This document shows, one piece after another, positions 39,301 to 50,500 of a stretch of 64,000 bases of DNA. Below the pieces are notes generated by a model, which worked only from the letters and a program-made list of their open reading frames with translations, was not told where the DNA came from and searched no databases. Each line of letters begins with the position of its first letter. Within the stretch, counting starts at the first letter, position 1. This DNA comes from Yuukianura sp. NJ FZ-2021 (Eukaryota), in the NCBI GenBank assembly GCA_046563655.1, contig CM102290.1, forward strand, positions 7,440,001 to 7,504,000, written 5' to 3'. The position numbers were made by a program, and so were the translations under genes.

Positions 39301-42084
39301 AAACCCTCCTTCCACTTGGCATTTGTCTTGAGGATCCTTTTCAACATAGTTTCACTTGGAATCATTATGCACAGAATTCAACGAGGTTTATTTTACAATA
39401 TGAGCTTTATCCAGCCCACCGCACCCTGAGATCTATGAACTCAAGCGTCCTCATCTTCTAAGAGCTTAATCCAGAACCTCATTTCTGTTTTCTAGCGTCA
39501 CCCACACATACTAAATAAACAAATAATTATGAGAAAGACAGGTTCTAAATTGTGCCATTCTGGTGGATCTGGTGACAGACGACATATGTCACCGTCCGAC
39601 GTACGATCAGTCTCACCACCCTCCACGCTAGTTACACAGTTTCAAGATTTGAGACAGATTAAAGCCCGGATTTCCCAGCTATTTTTTTTTACAAAAAAAA
39701 AAAAACTTTTGGCTTCAAATCGGATATCAAAGTGTAGCAAAAAAAACTTTCTTGTGTGGATTACTTAACGATTAAAAGCCATAAAGGAAGTAGTTCATAT
39801 CAGCCTTACAGTCTGACCCCAATTTCTGTCCATGACCAGCCAATAAGGAGCTCTTGTTCACTACTTTGTCTCGAGATCTGTCTCTAACATTGTTCAAGAA
39901 CAATATCAGATACCGTAAAATTACCACTAACAATTCATAGCCTCACATAATTTTTCCACACATTGTTTTAATTAATCAAATAATGTACAAATAATTTTCA
40001 AATTGCGTTCGATGGGCACGAGAAAAAAAAAGAGAAAGAATTTGAGTCTGAAAAAAAGTATGCTAGGATTTGAAATGTGATTTAAAACAAAACAGTTTCG
40101 CTGTTCTAAAAGCCTCCCCCTGAGTCAGTAGCTACGTATCTAAGTCTAAATAGTATTTTCATATTATTGCTTAAACTGTATAATTTATGATATTTTGTAA
40201 TTATAATAATTAATTATTGTAAAACATTTGGAGTTGATGCCCAATTTACTTTGAGGTTTGACAGCAAAAGGGATGAAGAAGGAAGTTAGTGAAGATGAAG
40301 ACGAGCTAATTATGATGACAGCAAGAATATGTTAGCTTTTTCCGGATCTTCGGATTTGAAGGCGTTCCATAAGGCTCAGATAACTTCACCCCTTCCAGAA
40401 CATTTTTTTAAACTTGAATTTATGGTTCAGAACTGTTTGTATAACTGCAATATCCAACTTCACGGTAACTCCGCACAAGTCAGTTGGAACTGAACACCAA
40501 CTTGTCGTGCCTCAATTCCGCTTATTCAATAGGGAAGCATACGGAACCGGATCCGGAAAAAGGATACAACAAAAAAATTTAGAGACACGACTTCCGTGTC
40601 ATAGGAAAGAAACGAATTCGTAGTCACAAGATGTTTTCCCACTTTTTGGGGCCCTTCAAACTTTTCAAATCATGCAAAAACGTATTTAGTGTTAAATTTA
40701 TGGAACTTATTGTACCTTTAGTCAAAAATCCGAATCAAGGAATCTTTAAAATCCAAACCAAATGTGAAAACTCGTTCAACTTTTGAAAAGGCAAAACTTC
40801 CGATTTCCGAATTTGACTAACTAGGATAGCTAATTTTTTGTTGTTTAAAAAACTATAGTTTTTTTAAAAGAGGAAGAAGGATTTCATGGTAGGTTTTCCT
40901 TTGTGGTTTTGACGCGTGCAACAACGGTATCGGTATGGTATTGTTTCCGGAAGGAAGGCGGAAAGTGAGAGAAAGGCACCATACTGGAGATGGACTAAAA
41001 CTAACCTAACAAAAACTGTTTGTTCGCTTCAATTGTCTCCGTTCGAGATACAGAGATGCGTCTTTTGAATTTGTTTCGCATCGAAGACTTGTTTTAAACC
41101 CTACCTCACCTGCCCTTAACTTCTGGCTTAGGATCCTTATGGATACCATCCCAAAGGAAACGGCAGTTTAGCAGTACACTCGAGCCGTCCGGAAGCAAAT
41201 GGACTTGGAAAGTTAAGGGCTTAAGGGCGGAGATGCAGCAAAGTTGCGGTGACAGGTCAAGTTACCCCGAATTTTAGTCTTCCGTCTCAAACGTCCGGAA
41301 GTTCAGTGAGCCCTTAAGGCTCATCATCCTATTGAACACAAATAAGCCTAATTTGAAATGAATTTTGAATGGCAGCCAGGAGGCAAATTCAACAAGCCTT
41401 TTTTAAAAGTCCAACAAAGCATTAGAATAAAACATTTTTGTGAATAAAAAGAAATATTTTTTTCAGTGCAGAAATAGTGTTATCCCTCCAACAACTAGTA
41501 ACACCTAAGTAATTGAATTAATTAATTTAAATTTTGACTTTTAGCAATTTATTGTAGTTAATTAATGTAAACTTCAACTGTTAGTAATTAGCAGTAATTA
41601 ATTTAATTAGTTTAAATTGTGTGCGTGCAATTTTTATACTTTTAATTATACTAGCAAGTTGAAATTTGTTCTGTTAGTTATCAAAACGAAAATTATTAAT
41701 TTTAAGTTGAAAATGAGTTTTTAATTTTAAGTAAGCTGCATAATTTTGATGGTTACGAGAAAGTTGGTGAAAGTGACGCCACTTCTGGTGCTGTTATGAA
41801 ACTCAAACAGTGTGCGGCATCTTGGAGACATCAGTGCCAAACCTTACAGCGAAATTCCTAGGACTTTTGGAACCAATTGAGCACTGGATGGCGCTACCTC
41901 TCACCGGGGAAACACGATCTTGTCCTTGTCCACTTGAATCGGAGTGACGTCAGTTGGACTTCATGCCTCGTCTGCATGGTTATCTGTATGGTCCCCAGGG
42001 TTACACAACCCTTGTCAAAAACCTCTCCTCGTGCACTCTTACAGTCTAGTACAGTCATTTCGGCAGGCAGGCGGTCATATTTTT

Positions 42085-42442
42085 CCCGTGTTCCGTAAAA
42101 TACGCTTTTTTAAAGTCTATGCTTTGTTTTTTCGCTGCAAATAGTTATGCTTTTTATGCTTTAAAAGCAAAAAGTTGCTATAAATGCCGCTGGAAGGGAT
42201 GCTGCCGAAATCGGCTAACTTGGAATTGATGTATTATACGTCAAAATACCCTTATACTTGTTAAATAACGTTGGTTTATGACCTTTTCAACTTAGAAAAC
42301 GAAAAATTTGTCTTAAAAGAACTTAATAAATTGATCTTTCAAAAGCAGTAAATTATAAAAACAGCAAGTGTGATAATCGCTGCTTGCTTCTTTTGCTTTT
42401 AAAGCAAAAAAGCATTTGCTTTAAAGAACTCCGAACACTGGA
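42085..42442. mobile_element. Degenerate MITE-like inverted repeat
   Basis: ATGCTTTTTATGCTTTAAAAGCAAAAAG (~42147-42174) is inverted against CTTTTTGCTTTTAAAGCAAAAAAGCAT (~42389-42415). Outer ends are CCCGTGTTCCG / CCGAACACTGG. Confidence 0.5.
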
Positions 42443-43568
42443 TTTTTCAATGTTAACAATTTCCAACAATGAAACAATTCGAGTCTTCAGTAGTGATCAC
42501 TGTAGGTTTCGCTGGAGCTCAATTCTGGACTAGTTTTAACTATATATGGTCAACTTTAAAATAATTTTTTTTTGCATTTCGTCGTAATGCATAATGTTGA
42601 TTATTAAATATACACCTGTATAAAAGTTTTAGTTCTCATAATGTAGCAGTAGCGTCAGTTTTTAATTAAAACAAATTTTGAGAATATAAAATCTCAAATA
42701 AATAAAACATATGGAATAACATAAAAAATATTACTTAACGCAAGCAATTATTGTTTGTGTTTAATAAATAAATGCCTAAGAAATTCAAATTGAACACTTT
42801 AAATACACATGCACTGGTCCACAAATAAATGTATGTAGCATAATTTTTAATTAGTGAGCCTATAATGTTGAAATCGAATGTATTTACCATATGGCATATA
42901 ATTTTTAGGGAAAACTGGTCCGCAACAATGTGCGACCGGTTCAGACTGTTTGAAGTGGAATTGGCAATGTGGGGAGTTGGGTGGCCTGGGAAGGCGCATG
43001 CGTCGCAGAATGAAGGCCCTACTTGAGCCGAGCTCTCACTCAACTCGGCACTCCTCTTCTTTCTCTCCATTTTCACCTTCCTCCAGGCAGGACCTACTCT
43101 CTGATCTCTCCTTTTACACATCACGCCGATAAGGTAACGTTAATTACAATCAATTAATCCAGTAACTACCGTTAACTATAACTAAAGCTCCGACACTGAA
43201 ATACCCGCTAAATCATAATTCCATGACCTTTAAGTTGGAGATAACGAAATGGAGGTCAAGGGGAACATGTTCTCCATCTTTCTTTCCTCACATTTTTTGC
43301 CCCACATTGCCGTGCTTCCACGCCGGCTTGAACTAGAAAAGAAGATGCCGCAGTGGGAAGATCCCTGAATTATTTCCAAAATTTCAGTTTTTAGCGTTTA
43401 ATTTTTGAAATGTAAGACTTGGAATTCTGATAAAGAACTAGGAGAGGTTTTAGGTGCGTTTTTTGGTTTAATTGAGGCCACACCCACTCCACTGATCTAA
43501 TGACCTTTAACTGACCTTGAATTTTGATTTAACTTTGTCAATTGTCTCTGATTTTACAGACTTCCAAA

Positions 43569-45224
43569 ATGTCGGGCAAGAAGATTACCGATCCAATGGA
43601 TTTCATGAAGGATTTTATTGCTGGAGGTATTTCAGCAGCAATTTCCAAAACGGCTGTTGCCCCAATTGAGCGTGTCAAATTGCTTCTTCAAGTTCAGCAT
43701 GTCTCAAAGCAAATTGCTGCAGATAAGCAATACAAGGGTAAGAACTGGCTTTCAAAATATCTAGGTCAACTTATATAGCTCTATAGACATAGGATTTAGC
43801 GTTATATGGTGTCTATATTTTCTTAAAACTCCGCACACGGTAGCACATCTAAAAACCCTATTTTATTTCTTCCTCTTCCATATCCTAATCATTGATCTTT
43901 CCTTGCGAAAGCGAACCTGGCGTCTAAAGTGGGCATTGCATATTTTGGCAATATATCAGAACTTATCCCAAACTATTTATAACTTTTTTCACAGCTTTTC
44001 ATCTTACTATTTAGTGTAGTGTGACTACTACTGCAAGATGATATTCGCTTGTTTTTGGTAACGCAGTGTAAAGTGTAAACCATTCCCAATTTAAATGAGC
44101 CCTTGGTCTTTGAACCACAGCCGAAGGGCATATTATACTAGTGTTTTTGATGATACGATAATGTAAGCTACATGGAAAACTGATGATGATGAAAATAATT
44201 ACTTAAAATCAATTACTTAATTCTGTGTTTTCCAGGGATGATCGATTGCTTCGTCCGAATTCCAAAGGAGCAGGGTTTCCTGGCTTTCTGGAGAGGAAAC
44301 TTGGCCAACGTCATCCGGTATTTCCCAACCCAGGCATTGAACTTTGCTTTCAAGGATAAGTGAGTGAAATTAATTATTATTTTTTGAATAATTACAACTA
44401 TTATGGCTGTCATTACAACATTTGACGAATGAATTTAAAATAGGTACAAGCAAGTGTTCTTGGGAGGTGTTGACAAGAACACCCAGTTCATGCGGTACTT
44501 TCTCGGAAACTTGGCTTCCGGTGGTGCTGCTGGAGCTACTTCCCTTTGCTTTGTGTACCCCCTTGACTTCGCTCGAACACGGTTAGTCTTAAAAATATTG
44601 TGCAGCATGGGTTTCAGATGCAGATTGATTGCTAATTTGTGATTTGACTTATACATAGGTTGGCTGCCGACGTAGGAAAGTCTGGTGGTGAACGTGAATT
44701 CAGTGGATTAGGCAACTGTCTTACCAAGATCTTCAAGTCAGATGGTCTCGTCGGTCTCTACCGAGGATTCGGTGTGTCTGTACAAGGTATTATCATCTAC
44801 CGAGCCTCCTACTTCGGATTCTTCGACACAGCCAAGGGAATGTTGCCTGACCCCAAGAAGACACCCTTCCTCGTCTCATGGGCTATTGCTCAAACCGTGA
44901 CCACCGTTGCTGGTATCATGTCCTATCCCTTCGACACCGTGCGTAGGCGTATGATGATGCAGTCTGGACGCTCCGATAAGCTTTACAAGGTAAAGTCGCT
45001 TTACAATAATTGCAAGGCAGTAAACTATGTTCAAACGTACGTTAAATTCATTACACACTGAATTGCTTTGCTTTTTTCAGAACACAATTGACTGCTGGGT
45101 GAAGATTGCCAAGAACGAGGGCCGAAATGCCTTCTTCAAGGGAGCCTTCTCTAACATTCTCCGTGGAACTGGTGGAGCCCTTGTACTTGTACTCTACGAC
45201 GAAATTAAGAACTTCCTGTTCTAA
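43569..45224 (+). CDS. ANT: Mitochondrial ADP/ATP translocase; exons 43569-43737, 44236-44359, 44444-44581, 44659-44989, 45081-45224; non-coding exon ends at 43133
   Basis: [80 protein letters not shown] and the RRRMMM signature. Confidence 0.98.
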
Positions 45225-47568
45225 GGTGGGAGAGACAAAGTGTAGGACTTGAATTTTGGAAGGAAGAAAAAGAAAATAGAAGAAAAAATGAGAAGAGTTT
45301 AAAACAACATCAACATCCTTTGGTTCTTGTAGAAGTAAAAATAAAACAATGTGAAAAACTAATCGATGTGATCAATCGTCGTAAAAATCAGTTGGAATAG
45401 AATCTTATTTTAAATCCTTTGCGTTTGGTTTTCATTTATTTTCACCCCAACTTCATGTTTTTCGTTTTCAATTTTAATTTCAAAGTAAGTAGAAACAAGA
45501 AGTCATCGAAGGTAATGGAAACACCAAATGGAACAAAGTGTCAGTTTTCATCAGTGTGACAGGAGTGACTTGATTTATTGAATAAATTTATCAAAGTACA
45601 TAGTACATAATATGAAATGGTGTCATAATTTCTTTTGCGTAAAGTTAGCATAGCTTAACACTTCTTTAACCTAATTTTGTCGAAGATTTACGACTACAGC
45701 GTAGTCAACATTTGCTTATGTCGTTAACTTAAACTACAGGTACAATTATAATTAGCTTTTGACAACCCGGTTACAATTTGAATCCAAGATGAGTCGCTCC
45801 TAGTGCTGATTGTTTTTTCAAAAATTACAACAAAATATAAATTTTTAAAACAACATTTTTTTCACCCTGTCAAAACTGAAAGAAAAAGCTCGCATTACAA
45901 TTGAATGACTCATTTGGACACTTCGGAGTGTATTGACCTGCCAGTTAAAAAAAATTCTGTTTCTTTTTTCTATTAAGGTCACAAACATCACATCACATCA
46001 ATTTTTTGAGATTTTTTTTAACTGTAATTTTTAGTCTAGTTAATTATCTTGCCGCACAATTTTACACTTAACAAAAACTGATATAATTTTAGTTATAGAA
46101 ATTTTTTCCTTCCTAATTTATAAGCCCACAAGAATTTTCCTATGTTAACTTTTAAGATTGTCATTCATTTTGAAAGTTTTTTTTTTGAATTTGCACATGA
46201 ACATTAACCATAACTTGGGACTAACAACATGCGGGCTATTTTACTGCGCAAACTGTGAGTTATACATGCGCAATGCGCAACCAATTAAATGTATCCGTTT
46301 ATCTCAAATTCATTTTTTGAGAGAATGTTAATGTTAAGGCAGTTTTGATTTTAAAAATAAGTTATTTTTTAAAGGAAGCTCGTTTTTCTTCTTTCTTTTA
46401 AGGTGGAGACTTTCCATTCTGCCATTACGCTCTTTTGCTTAGCCTTAAATTAATCTTTGAGGTCAAAGGTCAATCTATTCAAACTTACATAAGGTTAACT
46501 TTTGTTGTCTTTTAACTAACGCTTTTACCTTAACAATTTTAAGTTACAATCATAGTTTTATAAATAATTTCACAGATTACATAAATTGCATTTAACTTCA
46601 CATTTAGCTCTAGAATGCGTCAAACTTCTTATTAATGCAAAATTTATTTTTAAATAATTTACGCTTTGTTTTTCTAAAAGTAAATAAGTTGTTTTGCTTT
46701 TCTAATAAATATGGCAAATGTTTCGGGGAATTCAAAATTTTGGTTTTAAAATTAAAATTTGAAATTTGTAGAATTTTTTTTTTCTGAAAAGAAAATTTCT
46801 TTTGAAATTAGTAAAACCCTGACCTTCCTCAATTTAATTTGGTTTGGGACGCAGGAGATATGAAACCAGCTCGAAATCTCATACAGTTTTTGTGCAGTAA
46901 TTCTATGCAATAAAAACATAATCTACGAGTATGAAATCAACGTTACGCCTAAGCGTAACTCGTTTTGATTTGATTTTTTTGCTCCTTGCGATTAGTGGAA
47001 TGTCGTCAATGGATAAAAAGTTGCAATGTTGCAAAATACTATATAACTGTTGAAAAACATTGAAAAAAAGCAATTTAGTTAAAGTCAACTAGCCAGTTTT
47101 TTCTCTGTTTTGTCGAGCCTTTAAAAAGAATAGAAAGGAAAGTCAACCTAATAGGAGCAAAAGCGTTCCCACGTTTTTAACAAAGGATGCGTATTTAACT
47201 TAAGATTTATTTTATTGCAAATCAAATTTGGTAAGTAATGTGTGACTCATAAAAATGAATGTGTCGTGGTGCTGGATTTTGGGTTAATGCGTAACTGGAG
47301 ATTCTGAAGTCAGTTAAGTTTGACGTGTCAGTGATTTTGGTTTGATTGGGTTTCTAATTCTACCGAAAAAGTTTGTGAGTTTAGTAAGTTAAGTTTGGTC
47401 CTTAATTTTGGCAAAGAAAGGGCGTGGTCTATGAGATTTCTGAAGAAGTTTATAGAGAATAAGGTAATGTTCATATAGTACTTTTCTATAAAAAATGATT
47501 TTTGAAGCCGCCATGTTTCCATGAAGCCGCATTCTGTTTGTCACTCTCCCTAAAGACTCCGTCCAATT

Positions 47569-50500
47569 TTACGAGTTGTACATGGTCTCATCCTCAACGG
47601 ATCTTGGAATGTCAAAAATTTCAGCAAAAAGTGGTGGAAGTGACGAAAATTTGCTCCAGTGAGAACGGTACCAGTCCAGTACCGTGTTGTGAACCGTCCC
47701 GATTCGTCGTAAGTCTCCAAGCAACGACTGAAGTCCGGTTTTCCCAATGGCGTCCTTGAGCTGATTTTGAGAAATGGCGAGGCCTACGATGGAGTGATGT
47801 GACAGGCCGTCCCGTTGCGGTGACAACAAACAAGCTCCAGCCAAAAGCCCCAATTCAGAATCGGACCAATTGGACAACACGTTCCATGCAGTGAACATTG
47901 CGTTGGACAATTCAGTCTAAAAGACAATAAAATAAACAAGATTAGCACTCAAATTTTAAGTATGGTTCAGTTAGAAACATTTTGTGAGCTTTGTCGAAAG
48001 TTTGGGGTTTTAGAAAATTGTTCAATGTAGGATTATAATAGGACTTTTTTTTTAGAAAATTAATATTGCAGTCTGATTTATCCCAGTCTTACGGTGTAGA
48101 CGGCTTCGAGATGTTTCCGATTGATCACAAGTCCATCCGAGAGTGTCATTGCTTCCTGCGTCGTCAAAGGCGTCATATAAATAGCCCAAATTTCAAAAAA
48201 TCCCGCTTTGATGAGAATGAGCTGGTCATCTTGTGGGAGCGAACAGAAGCCAGGAATTCGTTTAGCAAATTCAACGACGCCTTGAATGGAACCTAACATT
48301 TCTCGTGACAGGACAGCAAACAGAGAGATGCGAAAAGAATCCTTGTTCTCTTGCAAAACATTCTGCAACAACACAAGAAAATCAAATAAATTGAATTTGC
48401 AAATGTTCCAAATCTCTGACTCGTACTTCCTACACATGTCTCCTGTTTCAATCGTAGCGCTCAAAAAAATTTCCGAATCAGCCTAAAATTGAAAAAAGTG
48501 ACGTTGCGCGAGAGGAAGTTCAAGAGAACTTATGATGAGGCAGAAAATCAATTGGAAAAATCTTTATATCGGTTCATTGCGGAAATCGCTGCTTAGTACT
48601 TTATGATTTACTTTGATGACAGTATGACATTGAACAGAGTCTCTAAGGACTTTACGCTGAAAGATTTTGAAGCATTTACGAGAATGATGACCTGCTAGAT
48701 ATTCAAAATGTGACCTTGTTGTTTCCCAAAAGGTCAACGGACAGTGCACCTAGCTAAAGTGCAACCACGAATGCATTTTATCTCTGAACATCAACGCTTC
48801 TAATGCTCAGTTCCCATGTAAATTTAACTGTTAACACAACTTATCTCACACACAATTTGAATAACTGTATGGGTAACCTCTGACACGTCCAGAGAAAGTT
48901 CAAGTTCCTTACCATGGTGAGTTGTCTTGTAGGAAGGTCACGTATTTTATCATGCGTGTAGGCACAGTACTGCACATGACCTTGTGACACAATGCTAGCC
49001 AGTGAAGACAAAGTGTTTGGAAACGTAGAGGTCACGGCCATGAGGTCATTTGCAGCAGACGACGTCGGACTCCCGCTCATAGACGGTGACGTTGTGCTGC
49101 TGCTGGTTCCGCCTTCGCTCGAACTGTTTGAGCCAGGAGACGCTGACTGCGGCGTTCCGTCGTAAGAGGACTGGTCCGCTTCGGCCGAAGTGATCACTTC
49201 CCGGGATCGCTTCGGAACTCGACCATACCGAACGGCTTGAAATAGAAAACAAAGTTAAGTTAAAGAAATCTGTGTAATAAAAAATTAATTGCAACCAATG
49301 TCGTCGTGTACGTGTACAAGAGACAAGGCAACTTCGGGAAATTAATTTTGGAGAAAGTCAGGAGAAGAAAGAATGCGGAAAAGGAGGGAACTTTTTCAAA
49401 AGTTGCTTTCTACCGTCACTTCCTTCCGAATCGGGCGTCGTGTCCAGGAAATCCATTGCTTCCAGAAGACTTTTTGTAACTGAACCGTAACAAGGTATGA
49501 AGTTGTTTCAGATGCTGTTAGAATGCTACTGAAGTTACGCTTGTTTAAAGTTAATGAGTAGCAGCAAGTGCTCTGAGTGATGTGACAAATTGAGAACTGA
49601 TCGAAGGCTGATTGATACTCCTCAGGAGTCCGAATCAGGACAAGCAGGGAGAAGGGACTGGAACTTTTTCAAAAAAGTTTTGGGAACACAAAGTTAGACT
49701 TACAGTCACGAGACATTCCGACAGCCAGGCACTTCTTGAATCGACAGTATTGACACCGATTTCTGTTGAGGCGTATCACTAGGCATTTCCCATCCCGTAG
49801 ACATCTAAAAAGAGGACATAAACAATTAAAAGTTATCCGAGAGGTAGAAAAACTACCCCAAAGTTATCTGGACTAATATGGACGTTATAGTTTGTAACTT
49901 AACTAATAAGGTTTGTAGGAGGACACTGAACCTAGGTTTCCCTCGGACGTTTTTAAATCAGACCATGTTAATATTTTTAGCTTCTAAAAGTAATATGATC
50001 CAGGCTATAGCTAGATTAAGAGGTACTTATGAGCACCACTTGCTTTATTTTGCACTAACTCCACCGAGTTATTTCTTTTTCGCAAAAAATGTATGCAACA
50101 GGTCAGTTTATGCCAAAAAGGCTATGACTTCTCAAGTTTCACCTGCTAGTCCACTTATGAGGTTTCCATATTTCCATAACTCTACAAACGATACTTCTTG
50201 GAGGTCATTGACCTAAAAACTATACAACCGCGGGGTCATTGACCTTTGACTTACCTATATTCAATTTGCTTCTGAATACTTCTACGAAAGAATCCTTTGC
50301 AACCCTCACAAGAGGTCACACCATAGTGGTATCCTGACGCCTTGTCACCACAGACGCGGCAGGGATGAAATGATTTTCCGGAATTGTTAGAATCAGCATA
50401 CCCATCTAAAATTTGCAAAAACTTGTAGTAGTTTCAATTTTATTAATTTTGGAATTAAGGAAGAATCGTGTTTAGCAGTAACTAGTACAAAAGTCATTGA

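Noticed and set aside
27600..42900. Numerous 60-140 aa ORFs (e.g. 29178-29600, 32367-32720, 36867-37220)
   Set aside because: Mostly non-ATG starts with F/K/L/S-biased composition typical of AT-rich non-coding DNA, and no domains. The region is best explained as NELL intron/UTR and intergenic sequence.
43760..44020. Mutually exclusive alternative ANT exon in the long intron
   Set aside because: None of the frames examined resembles the neighbouring ANT exon.
48363..48482. Extra E78 exon [16 protein letters not shown]...
   Set aside because: An acceptor exists near 48483 and the frame is open, but there is no phase-compatible internal donor. Direct splicing 48913-48362 is simpler. A longer alternative exon cannot be excluded.
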